Positions 18,713-28,997 of a stretch of DNA of 64,000 nt are shown one piece after another. A program made the position numbers and the translations under genes. The stretch is from Clostridium sp. CAG:302 (lineage in GTDB: Bacteria; Bacillota_I; Bacilli_A; RF39; UBA660): NCBI GenBank assembly GCA_000431795.1, contig FR887359.1:9551-73550 (forward strand), given 5' to 3'. The notes below the pieces were generated by a model. The model was not told where the DNA came from. It was given only the letters and a program-made list of their open reading frames with translations, and did not search any database. The number at the start of each line of letters is the position of its first letter. Positions within the stretch are counted from its first letter, which is position 1.

Positions 18713-18720
18713 ATTAAAAT

Positions 18721-18797
18721 TGGTGACCAGTATGGAATTCGAATCCATGAATGCTGCCGTGAAAGGGCAGTGTGTTAAGCCACTTCACCAACTGGCC
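18721..18797 (-). tRNA. tRNA-Glu (anticodon UUC)
   Basis: The reverse complement GGCCAGTTGGTGAAGTGG...CTGCCCTTTCACGGCAG...GGATTCGAATTCC...CACCA folds as a cloverleaf with anticodon loop CUUUCAC. CCA is encoded. Confidence 0.9.
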
Positions 18798-18801
18798 AAA
18801 A

Positions 18802-18878
<77 letters not shown>

Positions 18879-18946
18879 ATCTGCATTGCTTTTTAATTAT
18901 ACCATACAAGAAATATATTTGCAAGTATTTTTTAAAACAATAAAAA

Positions 18947-19022
18947 TGGTGGGGCGTTAGGGATTCGAACCCTAGACCCACTGATTAAGAGTCAGTTGCT
19001 CTACCAACTGAGCTAACGCCCC
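18947..19022 (-). tRNA. tRNA-Lys (anticodon CUU)
   Basis: The reverse complement is GGGGCGTTAGCTCAGTTGGTAGAGCAACTGACTCTTAATCAGTGGGTCTAGGGTTCGAATCCCTAACGCCCCACCA. Confidence 0.9.
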
Positions 19023-19053
19023 AACGATGTGTTAACAATCAAACACAATCAAT

Positions 19054-19081
19054 ATTATACCATATATTTTTAATTTGTAAA
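19054..19081 (-). promoter_or_regulatory. Promoter of the tRNA-Lys/Ile/Glu cluster
   Basis: On the minus strand it reads TTTACA, 16 nt, then TGGTATAAT (extended -10). Confidence 0.6.
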
Positions 19082-19152
19082 TAAATAAAACAAAATTTAT
19101 TGAAAAAAATAATTCTTTATGTTATCATCTAAATATAAGGAAGGTAAAACAT

Positions 19153-19269
19153 ATGAAAAGCAAATCAAAAAAAGAAGATAAAAATCTAGTAATGCTATGT
19201 ATCTACATAGGACTTGCAGGTACACTTACCATTTTAGCAATATATTTCTTAACTAAATATGTATTTTAG
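19153..19269 (+). CDS. 38-aa small membrane protein (MKSKSKKEDKNLVMLCIYIGLAGTLTILAIYFLTKYVF)
   Basis: RBS AAGGAAGG lies 8 nt upstream. It has one TM helix and is followed at once by the AGAGAG-CACA-CTCTCT hairpin plus T-run. It is below the ORF-track length cutoff. Confidence 0.45.
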   Translation: MKSKSKKEDKNLVMLCIYIGLAGTLTILAIYFLTKYVF

Positions 19270-19349
19270 AGAGCACACTCTCTATTTTTTATTATTTTAA
19301 TATATAATATATTACTCTCTTATATATAATAGATATGGTTGATATATCA

Positions 19350-19399
19350 TTTATAGACTATAGGCTATAAATGACACTCTAAGATAATAGCTTAGAGTG
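19350..19399 (-). repeat. Tandem-hairpin intergenic repeat, copy 3 (inverted orientation)
   Basis: TTTATAG-ACTATAGG-CTATAAA is followed by CACTCTAAG-ATAATAG-CTTAGAGTG. These are the same stems as copy 9 (47603-47657) but reverse-complemented in order. Confidence 0.7.
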
Positions 19400-19444
19400 A
19401 ACATTAAAAACAATATTTTTCTTTTACAAATTATAGTAATAAAA

Positions 19445-19473
19445 TTGACTTTTAAGTACGCATTTGCTATAAT
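19445..19473 (+). promoter_or_regulatory. Promoter of the giant surface-protein operon (TTGACT, 17 nt, TGCTATAAT)
   Basis: The -35 lies at 19445-19450 and the extended -10 ends at 19473. Confidence 0.65.
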
Positions 19474-19500
19474 TTATATGATAGGTAATGGTGATAAAAT

Positions 19501-22500
19501 ATGAAAAAAATCGGAATTAAAGATAAAAGTTTTTGGCTAATCTTAAGTTTAAGTATAATAACTTTAATAATTCTAACAGTAGGAGTAATCTTTCTAACAA
19601 GAAAATCCTCTAAAGAATTTTATAGTGCAGGATATATTATAAATAGTACTGCCACAAAAAGCGACAAATATTACTTTAACGATAATACAGTCTATAAAGA
19701 AAATGTATTTAATGAATATACATTTAAAGATGTAGACAACAAAGAAGTAGCCACTAGCAAAGAAAACTTCATTCACTATTTAGATGAATCATTATCATTT
19801 ATGAAAAATGGAGTAATTCTAGATTTAGATAACTTTAATCAAAAACTAGTACCATACTATAATGTTACAGATAAAGTAATCCTAAAATATAGTAATGGCG
19901 GTTATATAGTAGAAACAGCAGATAAAACTTTAATATTTGGAAATCTACTAGGTAGAATAACAGATAATAAATATATAGTTATTGGTAACGATATAAAAAT
20001 AAAACTAGCGGGTAACGAAGAACCAGTAAAAGGAAAATACTTTGAACTATTATTTGTTGAAGATGGTATTGTCAAAGTAGAAAACAATGAAGGAAGTTAT
20101 CAAACCACTACCGAAGGAACAACAATCTTTGCTGGAGATAAAATAAAAATAGAATTAGGTAGCAAAAAAGTCTTCTATGACGAAGAAGAAAAACTAACTC
20201 TTGATGAAATGACTATTGATGGTAACGAAAACATTAATTTAGACACCTCAAAAGTAAAAGATAATAAAGATGGAAATGGTTCAGGAGATGGTACAGACAG
20301 CAATACACCTAATGATAACAATAACCCTAATAATAATAATCCAGGAAATAATACCGACAATCCTAGTGATAATACTGGTAATGGCACAGATGGTAAAGAT
20401 AACAACACCACTGAAATAAGAAAAGAAGTATCAGTAGACTTAGTAAAAGCACTATTAGATATCAACAGTCTAAATGCCACAATTCAAGTTATTGACACAG
20501 CAAATCAAATAAAAGGAAACTTAATTTTAACATTATATGATGTAGATAATGCTGAAACAGTATATACAAAAATACTACTAACATCATCAGATCTTCAAGA
20601 AGTAGCAGTTACCTCACTATCACCAAATACTAACTATTATATGTCAATAAAAGATTCAGATAACTATGAATACTTATCAAGAAACTTTAGAACAGATAAC
20701 TTAGAATTAAGTTTAAAAAGAGAAATGGTAACTACAAGCTCAGTTACATATTCCGTAGATTTTAGCAGTGATGAAAACATAAAATCCGCTAAAGTAACTC
20801 TAAAAGATAGTGAGAATAACATAATAAATAACCACACCTTCATAAATGGTGAAGATGAAGAATTTACATTTAGTGGTCTAACAAAAAACACTTCATACAA
20901 AGTAATTCTAGATGAAGTACTATTCAAAAATACCAATTACTCTAAGGTATACACAATAAACACATCGGTTAAAACATTAAAAGCAAAACCATCTCTTGGA
21001 GAAGTAAATGTAAAATCAAATGAAGAAAGCAAAACATTTGAACTATCAATGGAAAAGCCAACAGATGAAGATGAAAGCATCTCAAATTATATTTATAAAA
21101 TATACGATTTAGATACTATAACTGAAGAAAATGTAGATACCTTAACCCCAGTATACACATTTAGTACAGTAAATTTAAAAAATGAAATATTAAAATTAGG
21201 TGAAAACAATTTAGCCTCAAACAAAAATTATGTTTATAAAGTAACAGTAAGATACTATGATAATTATAAAGAAAATGAAATAGATTCAGTATTAAGTAGT
21301 CCCTTCATTATCGCTGGTTTACCTTCAGTAACTTTCGAAGAGAAAGAAGTAGACTTTAACTCAATGCATTTATTACTAACATTAAAAGATGAAGGCTGCA
21401 CAATACCGGGAAGAAGCTGCTACCAAGGAGATCCTTCTGATAAAAGTGATATTTACATAACTTATAAAGGAGCCAATGACAAAGAAAGTAAATATATAAA
21501 CAACATTACATTCGATCCAGAAACATTAACTTATGATTTAAGAGTATCAGGATTAACAGAAAATAAAGATTATAAGTTTGAAGTATGGGGAAATTATGAT
21601 TTATACAATGGCAAAGGATTACAAGTAAATAAACCATTAGGATCTGCAATAATAACTACTGCCGGTATAGAAAACCTTACTATGTCAGAATGGACTCTAA
21701 ATAACTATTCTAACGAATTACCAATATCAGTAAATACAAAATTAACTGTAACCAAACCAAGTAGTACAATAATCGATAAACTAGACTCCTTCAAAATAAA
21801 TCTTTATAAAGGAAGCGAAGTTAAAAAAGAAAATCTTTTAGGTAGTTATCCTGTTGAGGGAAACAACAACATCAAATCAAATTATTACAATAAATCATTC
21901 AATATTAATTCAAGTCAGTTTGGTATAACAGATATAAATAATCTAAGAGAAGTATCAGGTGGAAAATTAAATAGATATTACACTATAGAAGTAGCAGATG
22001 CTTATGATGCTGATAAGACAAATCAGTTCAAAATTCAAGATAACATATTTATATATGAAATACCAGCAATACTTCTACTTGAAGATGAAGTGTCTTCTCC
22101 TGAAGTAATTGTTGAAGAAATAACTAAAAAGCAAGCCCAATCTGGAGAATATGGTGATTTTAACGAATTAGGAATAAACAAAAATCTTTCATCAAATACC
22201 GTAGTAGGTTATAAAGTAACCGCTAACTTCGATAAGAAGAAAGTAGAATCATATTTTCAAGGAGATAATCCAATCAAAGAGTTAAACTTCTATGCCAATA
22301 TGGATGGTAAAGTAATAGAAAAGAAAACCATAAACTTCGCTGAAGAAGAAAATTATACTATATATTTCTTCCTAAAAGATGGAACAGATTACAACACTGT
22401 AGATACAGAATTAAGAAGAGGTAATAACTATACCTTCTCAATAGATTTAAGTTTAGATACAAATAACGATAAAGAAATAGATACTAATTATCCAAGTAAA

Positions 22501-25092
22501 AAACCAACTAGTGAAACCATAACAAGTATTAAAGAAGAACCAAAAATAAAAATGTATATTGATAGTAGTACTTCAAACTCTATAACCTACAAGTATATAG
22601 TAGTAGATTATGATAATGCCTTGGTAAAAGAAGAAGATAAATATCTAATACATTACACAGTAGGAGAAGATTCCACTGAAGAATATACTACTGAAATATC
22701 AAATACCGCTAGTATGGAAACTTTTACACTATCAAATCTAACTAATGAAACCATCTATAATATATATTATAATAAAGCACTAAATAAAAAAGAAAAACCA
22801 AGTGCTATCAGCTTTAAATACTACTTTGATGGCTACCATAATGCCAGTAAATATGGACTTAGTTACATACTAAAATATGATGAATTTGATAATGAATTAA
22901 CCCTAAGATTAAATAATAATGATTTCTTAGATAGAGTTTCAGCATATCTAGTAACCTTAACTTCAGGTTCACTAAAATATGAGGAAGTAATAACAACCCC
23001 ATTAGAATGTGGTACAGAAGAAGAACCAAGTAAATGCATAAAAATAGATTATGCTAATATAAAAGACTTTAAAGGAAAAGATATAACAGTAAAACTAGAG
23101 GCCTTCTATGACACAGGTTATGTAGGCTTTGGTAGCAAATCATTACTTGGAGATTACTTTACTTCTCGTGGACTAATAGATGATAAAAATGCAAGTAATA
23201 TAGGATTTATATTACAAGAAATAGGTAATACCAAAGGAAAATACTATTACATATATAAAAATTCAAATAATAAAGTAGAGTCAATAATAAGTGATACACC
23301 AAATGGAATATTTGGAATAACACCAACTATATATACTGAAAGTCATAAACAATCAAGTTTATCTACTACTAATGTTGTAGATATCATAAATAAAAGTTTC
23401 ATAAATTATGGTGAAGTATCCCTAAATTCTGATATAGATGTTTTAACAAATGGTATTAAACTAAAGAGTCATAACATATTCATAGCCCCTAAAGTATTAG
23501 ACAAAACCGAAATACAAACAACAAATAATAAATTTAAGTTTAACAGTATCATTCCAAAAGTTGATACAAAATTAACACCGCTAATAAATGGAGCAATAAT
23601 TAATATAAACTTATCAATAGACACTGACACTTTAGAAACAGACTATGTAAAAATAGACGGAAAATATATGTTTTATATAGATATTTATACTAAAGATGAA
23701 GAAGGTGAACTAGTGTTCGCAAAATCAGTATCAACGGATTATGAACATTTAACAAATATTTCTTTCGCAGGCCTAAATCCAGATAGCACATACTATTATA
23801 AGATCTCCGCATATATGAATGGAAGAGATGAAAAAACACCATTATTTGCTTTAGGTAAAAACGGCTATATACAATATTTAAATACTCTAAAGACATTAGG
23901 AAAAGATGATATTTTCAAAAATATTGAGTACTCACACAAATCAACAAAAGGTGAAACAGTATATAGTGAAAGAACATTAAATATAACAACAGGTCTAAAA
24001 TCAAAAGAAAACTTCAATGTAAGATATGAATTATATGATCCTGAAGGCAACTTGGAAAAATGGGGCGGAACAGTATTAAACAAAGATATAACAAACAAAA
24101 ATAATGCAATATTTACTGCCGATATTACAGGTAATGACTTCGTTTTTGGAGGAGATTATCATAGATTAGTAATAACTGCAGTAACAACAGATGACGAACC
24201 TAAAGAACTAGAATTATACAATGACACACTAAAAGCAACAACATTATTTGGCGAACTAAAAGAACCAAACATAGTTCTATACCAAAGTACCGGAATAGAC
24301 AAAATATCCGGAAATTATGATTATTACATTGACTATAATATAAATATCGAAGATACAGATAGAGTAATAAAAGATGGAAAATTCTATGCGGAACTTAAAT
24401 ATTCTCCACAAGAAAAAGTCTGTCCAAATGAAGAAGATTGTAAATTAGAAATAGATTTATATAACTTAAAATGCAATTCAAATGGTGCTAATAGTAAAAT
24501 AGCCTCATGTACCATAATTGAAAACAAAGTAAATAATACATTTACACTAAAAGTTAGATATGCATCTTTAAAACCTAATACTGAATACTATATTTCCACA
24601 AGTGCTAATATATATCGTAATAATGTTTCATTAGACACCAAAGAAGAAGTAGTAAAATTTGGAGCATTTCAATATACAAAAAGTGAACTTGGTTTTTCAA
24701 TAGGAGATCCATATTTAACAGCAGTAGGAAATAATTTAATATTAAAGTTTAAAGGTGCAACAAATAATATTAAAGAATCAATAAAAGGTATCAAATATAA
24801 TCTTTATGTCAACAGACAATCGGAAATAAAATTAGATTCAAATGAAAAAGGATTAATACCAAGTATGACATCAAATTTAGTAAAAGATGCTATAAATTAC
24901 GGGGACATTATATATAAAGTAGATAAAGATAATTACCCATATATTGAGATACCAATACCTGACGGAGTTAAAATAGGAACAAACAACGATTTATATGTAA
25001 GATATTACTATGAAGATAATGGTGAACTACTAATGCTGTCAATAAACGGGACTACGACTCATAGGTATCAAGTTGGTACTGGTGATAACTAA
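19501..25092 (+). CDS. Giant (1863 aa) N-terminally membrane-anchored surface protein built from many FN3/Ig-like modules
   Basis: It has an N-terminal TM (FWLILSLSIITLIILTVGVIFL) and an N/D/G/P-rich linker (nt ~20260-20410). FN3-style strand motifs recur: LSPNTNYYMSIKD, GLTKNTSYKVILD, LASNKNYVYKVTVRY, GLTENKDYKFEVWGNYD, LTNETIYNIYYN, GLNPDSTYYYKISAY and LKPNTEYYISTSA. Confidence 0.7.
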   Translation: MKKIGIKDKSFWLILSLSIITLIILTVGVIFLTRKSSKEFYSAGYIINSTATKSDKYYFNDNTVYKENVFNEYTFKDVDNKEVATSKENFIHYLDESLSFMKNGVILDLDNFNQKLVPYYNVTDKVILKYSNGGYIVETADKTLIFGNLLGRITDNKYIVIGNDIKIKLAGNEEPVKGKYFELLFVEDGIVKVENNEGSYQTTTEGTTIFAGDKIKIELGSKKVFYDEEEKLTLDEMTIDGNENINLDTSKVKDNKDGNGSGDGTDSNTPNDNNNPNNNNPGNNTDNPSDNTGNGTDGKDNNTTEIRKEVSVDLVKALLDINSLNATIQVIDTANQIKGNLILTLYDVDNAETVYTKILLTSSDLQEVAVTSLSPNTNYYMSIKDSDNYEYLSRNFRTDNLELSLKREMVTTSSVTYSVDFSSDENIKSAKVTLKDSENNIINNHTFINGEDEEFTFSGLTKNTSYKVILDEVLFKNTNYSKVYTINTSVKTLKAKPSLGEVNVKSNEESKTFELSMEKPTDEDESISNYIYKIYDLDTITEENVDTLTPVYTFSTVNLKNEILKLGENNLASNKNYVYKVTVRYYDNYKENEIDSVLSSPFIIAGLPSVTFEEKEVDFNSMHLLLTLKDEGCTIPGRSCYQGDPSDKSDIYITYKGANDKESKYINNITFDPETLTYDLRVSGLTENKDYKFEVWGNYDLYNGKGLQVNKPLGSAIITTAGIENLTMSEWTLNNYSNELPISVNTKLTVTKPSSTIIDKLDSFKINLYKGSEVKKENLLGSYPVEGNNNIKSNYYNKSFNINSSQFGITDINNLREVSGGKLNRYYTIEVADAYDADKTNQFKIQDNIFIYEIPAILLLEDEVSSPEVIVEEITKKQAQSGEYGDFNELGINKNLSSNTVVGYKVTANFDKKKVESYFQGDNPIKELNFYANMDGKVIEKKTINFAEEENYTIYFFLKDGTDYNTVDTELRRGNNYTFSIDLSLDTNNDKEIDTNYPSKKPTSETITSIKEEPKIKMYIDSSTSNSITYKYIVVDYDNALVKEEDKYLIHYTVGEDSTEEYTTEISNTASMETFTLSNLTNETIYNIYYNKALNKKEKPSAISFKYYFDGYHNASKYGLSYILKYDEFDNELTLRLNNNDFLDRVSAYLVTLTSGSLKYEEVITTPLECGTEEEPSKCIKIDYANIKDFKGKDITVKLEAFYDTGYVGFGSKSLLGDYFTSRGLIDDKNASNIGFILQEIGNTKGKYYYIYKNSNNKVESIISDTPNGIFGITPTIYTESHKQSSLSTTNVVDIINKSFINYGEVSLNSDIDVLTNGIKLKSHNIFIAPKVLDKTEIQTTNNKFKFNSIIPKVDTKLTPLINGAIININLSIDTDTLETDYVKIDGKYMFYIDIYTKDEEGELVFAKSVSTDYEHLTNISFAGLNPDSTYYYKISAYMNGRDEKTPLFALGKNGYIQYLNTLKTLGKDDIFKNIEYSHKSTKGETVYSERTLNITTGLKSKENFNVRYELYDPEGNLEKWGGTVLNKDITNKNNAIFTADITGNDFVFGGDYHRLVITAVTTDDEPKELELYNDTLKATTLFGELKEPNIVLYQSTGIDKISGNYDYYIDYNINIEDTDRVIKDGKFYAELKYSPQEKVCPNEEDCKLEIDLYNLKCNSNGANSKIASCTIIENKVNNTFTLKVRYASLKPNTEYYISTSANIYRNNVSLDTKEEVVKFGAFQYTKSELGFSIGDPYLTAVGNNLILKFKGATNNIKESIKGIKYNLYVNRQSEIKLDSNEKGLIPSMTSNLVKDAINYGDIIYKVDKDNYPYIEIPIPDGVKIGTNNDLYVRYYYEDNGELLMLSINGTTTHRYQVGTGDN

Positions 25093-25106
25093 GAAAGGAA
25101 GTAATT

Positions 25107-26519
25107 ATGAGAAAATATGATATAAAAAATAAGAGAAACATAGGAATAATTATAGGAATTTCAATTATAATTATTATCATGTTTTCTCTAGTTATAAAGT
25201 TCTTCTTATCATTAAGCAAAGAAGAATACATTGTATCAAAAGGAAATATCGTTTTTGATAAAGATAAAACCACTATAAAACTAAATAGTGAAGGAAAAAT
25301 AAAAACCAAATGGAAAGGAGAGTATTACCTAACATACGATGGTAAAGACTATGAGTTAGGTAATACCGCCCTTGCCTTTAACGAAGAAACAACTGAAATA
25401 AAACTATATGGAAGATATTATGAAATCTCCAGTGGTAGTGAAATAAACATAACAAGTAATGAAACAACAATAAAAAACTCATTACTTACTAAGTTCTACA
25501 AACTAGCAGATCGCAAATACCTTATCATCGATAAAGAAATAAAGTCTGCAGATAACCTTTTATCAACAACCGATTTCCTACTAGTAGAATTAGATAAAGC
25601 CGGAAATGCAACACTTACTAATCATAAAGTAAATTTAAAAACATTTTCCGAAACACAAATAATTACTTCTAACTATACATTTGATATAGCAACCGAAATA
25701 TTGACCTATGGAAGCGACAAAATAGATCTAAAAAAGATTATTGGTTCTAGTAATAATTACACCAAAGAAGATTTAATTCCAGACGAAAGCAAAAATGTCA
25801 ATGACAATGTTACTAACATAGGTACAAATGGTAATAATGGAAATAATACAACTGGTGGAAATGATGGAAACAATACCGGTGGCAATGGAAATACAACCGG
25901 AGGAAACGGAGGCACCACCATTGAAGAAATTAAAAAAGCCACTAAACAGACATCAGTAGTATCAGTAACATCCACAGTAAATAAAATTATTATAGACTAT
26001 GTAATCTACGATCCATATAAAGAATACACATCAGTCTATATGGAAGTACAAAAAGAAGATTCAGATAAAGTAGAAGTAATATATCTAAATGCAAACAACA
26101 CAAGATACGAATTAAAAGACATATTACCAAATACCAAATACAATCTAAAATTCAAATATACGGCTACTGAAGAAGGACAAACTATTATAAAAGAATTTTC
26201 CAATACCACCATATCCACACAAAAACCAAAACTATCATTGAAAGTAACCAGAACAAGAGCGGGTGAGATAACATATGTCATAACAACAGATAATAGTTAT
26301 AAATTAACAAAAGCAGATCTAGTAGTTACCATAAAAGATAGCAAAACAGGTGAAACAAGAAAAAAGACAATATCTGATGTATCAATTGATAGCAAAGAAA
26401 AAATAGTCAAACTAGACAAAATGACAGATGGCGATATCATCGAATTAAAATTAATAAATGTCAAATCAGAGGATACCATCATCAAAGGCATTACCGCTAG
26501 TGATAAATTCATATATTAG
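25107..26519 (+). CDS. N-terminally anchored surface protein (470 aa) with a G/N/T-rich linker and FN3-like C-terminal modules
   Basis: The TM is IGIIIGISIIIIIMFSLVIKFF, the linker is GTNGNNGNNTTGGNDGNNTGGNGNTTGGNGGTT, and an FN3-like motif is LKDILPNTKYNLKFKY. RBS is AAAGGAAG. Confidence 0.6.
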   Translation: MRKYDIKNKRNIGIIIGISIIIIIMFSLVIKFFLSLSKEEYIVSKGNIVFDKDKTTIKLNSEGKIKTKWKGEYYLTYDGKDYELGNTALAFNEETTEIKLYGRYYEISSGSEINITSNETTIKNSLLTKFYKLADRKYLIIDKEIKSADNLLSTTDFLLVELDKAGNATLTNHKVNLKTFSETQIITSNYTFDIATEILTYGSDKIDLKKIIGSSNNYTKEDLIPDESKNVNDNVTNIGTNGNNGNNTTGGNDGNNTGGNGNTTGGNGGTTIEEIKKATKQTSVVSVTSTVNKIIIDYVIYDPYKEYTSVYMEVQKEDSDKVEVIYLNANNTRYELKDILPNTKYNLKFKYTATEEGQTIIKEFSNTTISTQKPKLSLKVTRTRAGEITYVITTDNSYKLTKADLVVTIKDSKTGETRKKTISDVSIDSKEKIVKLDKMTDGDIIELKLINVKSEDTIIKGITASDKFIY

Positions 26520-26528
26520 GGAGGTACA

Positions 26529-27272
26529 ATGAAACAGTTCATAAAAGAAAAATATAATATCTTAATACCAGTCTTTCTTGGAGTAGTAATACTAATAGCC
26601 CTATTCCTATATGGAAGAGAATATCGAAATAATAGATATGCCTATGAAAAAGAACAAGATGTTTACCAGTACTTCTCAAAAAACAAAATAGAATACAAAG
26701 CCACTATCAGTAGAAATAGAAAAGATGTCGTATTAGATATCAAAAGCAAAGACTTTAACGTCAGCCTAGATAGCACACCAATATACATAAAAGATAGTGA
26801 TAAAGTAATATTTCCTAAAGAAATGAGTGCTGTCTTTCCAATAAAAGATAGACAGTATGCAGTAAATGCCCTAACAGAAATATACAAAAAAAATGACTTA
26901 TATTACCTAAATCAAAAAGGAATAAATAAGTCATTCGATTATATGTTCCTATATGATGGTAAAGACCTATATTTCTTTATCGATACCGTAACACTAAAAG
27001 TGGGAGATAAAGAAATAACCCTAAGTCCAATGTCATATATAGATTGTTCATATCTAAACCTATTATCATATTATGATAAAGAATCCGATACATACGAAAT
27101 AATAGAATTAAATAACACCAACAGTTCAGTACTAGTAGAAACAAAATATATGACTATCGATGTGTCCAGTGATGAAATAATATATAAAGACGATTTCACA
27201 ATGTTAATAAATAATTTCAGTTCACTACCAAAACTAGTGGACAACATAGAAAATAGCGGAGCTTCAAATTAA
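26529..27272 (+). CDS. N-terminally anchored extracytoplasmic protein (247 aa), unknown function
   Basis: The TM is ILIPVFLGVVILIALFLY and the RBS is GGGAGG. It is the last gene of the operon. Confidence 0.5.
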   Translation: MKQFIKEKYNILIPVFLGVVILIALFLYGREYRNNRYAYEKEQDVYQYFSKNKIEYKATISRNRKDVVLDIKSKDFNVSLDSTPIYIKDSDKVIFPKEMSAVFPIKDRQYAVNALTEIYKKNDLYYLNQKGINKSFDYMFLYDGKDLYFFIDTVTLKVGDKEITLSPMSYIDCSYLNLLSYYDKESDTYEIIELNNTNSSVLVETKYMTIDVSSDEIIYKDDFTMLINNFSSLPKLVDNIENSGASN

Positions 27273-28210
27273 GCTTCGCTATATATTTTTTTATCAAAAT
27301 TATGCGTACCATCATTAAGTTCTTCCAAAGTCTTTGTAGTTATCAAGAAATAAGTATCTCTATTAATATTAGTCTCACTAATAGGATCATCCCAAGTCAA
27401 ATCCAAATGATACCATTTACCATCTAAATAAACTAAATTCCAAATATGTTCATCATTACTAATCTTATAATTAATAATATTAAGTTTATCAAGAAAGATA
27501 GCCATTGCATCAGCATAACCATTACAAGTACCATATCCCTGTATCAATACCCCATAAGCCGTATTAGATTTATAAGTAGCATCATTCTTATTATTATACT
27601 TAAGTTTATCATATTCAGCATTGTCAATAATAAAATCATGAATAATCTTAATTTTCTCTCTAGTAGGAGTACTATTAGTAATCTTCTCACTAATAACCTT
27701 ATCAACTACTTTATTAATTTCCTCAATTTCCTTATCAGTATAAGCCTTGTTAACACTAATGCCAATCTTATAATCACCACCATAAGTAAGTTTAATATTA
27801 TTAGAACTATTATAAGGATGAACAAAGTTATTCAAAACAGAAATAACATCCTTAAATTCCTCACCATCATTACTCGTAAGTCTATTAATATCATTACTAT
27901 ATGATGTATAATCTCTATCAATATATCTTTCCAAATAATCAGAACCACTATTAATAGCATAATACACAAAATCAATAAAGTCCTTCTTATTTATTATACC
28001 AGTACCAGTATAATTATTAACATATTCAAAATTATCTTCAAGATAATAATCATTAACTTTAACATTAGTACTAGAATAATTCTTATTTACCGAATATTCA
28101 TAGTACTTATAAATAATATCTTTTCTAAAAAAAGCACCAGCAGTAACAGTACAAATAGCTATAGCACCAACTGCAATAATTAGTTTACCACCTTTTTTTT
28201 CTTTTTTCAT
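27269..28210 (-). CDS. Membrane-anchored transglutaminase-like cysteine protease-fold protein
   Basis: The core GYGTCNGYADAMAIFLDKLNI...EHIWNLVYLDGKWYHLDLTWDD carries the Cys-His-Asp transglutaminase-core pattern. An N-terminal TM is present, and the stop codon overlaps the stop of the convergent gene. Confidence 0.8.
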   Translation of the reverse strand: MKKEKKGGKLIIAVGAIAICTVTAGAFFRKDIIYKYYEYSVNKNYSSTNVKVNDYYLEDNFEYVNNYTGTGIINKKDFIDFVYYAINSGSDYLERYIDRDYTSYSNDINRLTSNDGEEFKDVISVLNNFVHPYNSSNNIKLTYGGDYKIGISVNKAYTDKEIEEINKVVDKVISEKITNSTPTREKIKIIHDFIIDNAEYDKLKYNNKNDATYKSNTAYGVLIQGYGTCNGYADAMAIFLDKLNIINYKISNDEHIWNLVYLDGKWYHLDLTWDDPISETNINRDTYFLITTKTLEELNDGTHNFDKKIYSEA

Positions 28211-28307
28211 CTATTCACCTCTCTTAAATTCATTATACCATTTAAAAACTATGTGGTAAAGTTAAAAATAGTACTTTTTCAAAATATTTTACCAACTTTT
28301 CTAATTC

Positions 28308-28363
28308 CCACTTAAGCCTGTAGTCTTAAGTGGAACAAGGAAGCCTAAATAGTCTTCCTTGTT
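28308..28363 (+). repeat. Tandem-hairpin intergenic repeat, copy 4
   Basis: CCACTTAAG-CCTGTAGT-CTTAAGTGG is followed by AACAAGGAAG-CCTAAATAGT-CTTCCTTGTT. Confidence 0.8.
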
Positions 28364-28642
28364 TCAAATTTTATTCATTATCACATAATTAATACTTGCT
28401 ATAAATCTAAGAATTGTTGGTAATAATAAAATAATTTAAAAAAAATTTCGAAAAAATGGCAAAATTAGATATCAAATCTTGTATATAAGTATGAGAGGAT
28501 AAAAATGGTAGAAGGGAGGAGTATGACATAAACTAATCAAAAATAAAAAGAATACTTAGGAGAATCAAGAAAGGAAAGAAGAAATAATGGTAAAAGAAAA
28601 ATTAAAGGTAAAATCTAATATATATGTTTTGCAATGTGGCTC

Positions 28643-28671
28643 TTGAAAAGTGCAAAAAACTTGTGTATAAT
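28643..28671 (+). promoter_or_regulatory. Orphan sigma-A-type promoter (TTGAAA, 17 nt, TATAAT) inside a 770-bp ORF-free gap
   Basis: The -35 lies at 28643-28648 and the -10 at 28666-28671. No ORF with an RBS follows for about 300 nt. Confidence 0.45.
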
Positions 28672-28997
28672 GTAAATGTAACTATTTTACCCAATGATTA
28701 TCATAATGATATCAAAAGATATATATAATGCTTATAAATTACTTGATAATAATATACTAAGTACTAAAGAAAAAGATAGGAAATTGCATTAATAGTTTAT
28801 AATATTTAAACACAAAAATGTACGGTAGTTCGTATCGGAGTTTATGTCTGTGGAAGACTCTAATTACAGAGTTCATGAAGCAGAAATCGCATCACTGCGA
28901 AGTGATGTAAACAATTATATTTGTTTTTTATTTTAAATTATCTATACTTATTATTCATTATTTGGTATAATAAAAAAGAAATATGGAGGTAATAGAC

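Noticed and set aside
28655-28685. Similarity of CTTGTGTATAATGTAAATGTAACT to the Firmicute dif site (…TATATTATGTAAACT).
   Set aside because: Only part of the XerD-arm-like half matches. The XerC arm and central-region spacing do not fit, and the sequence is better explained as a -10 promoter element.
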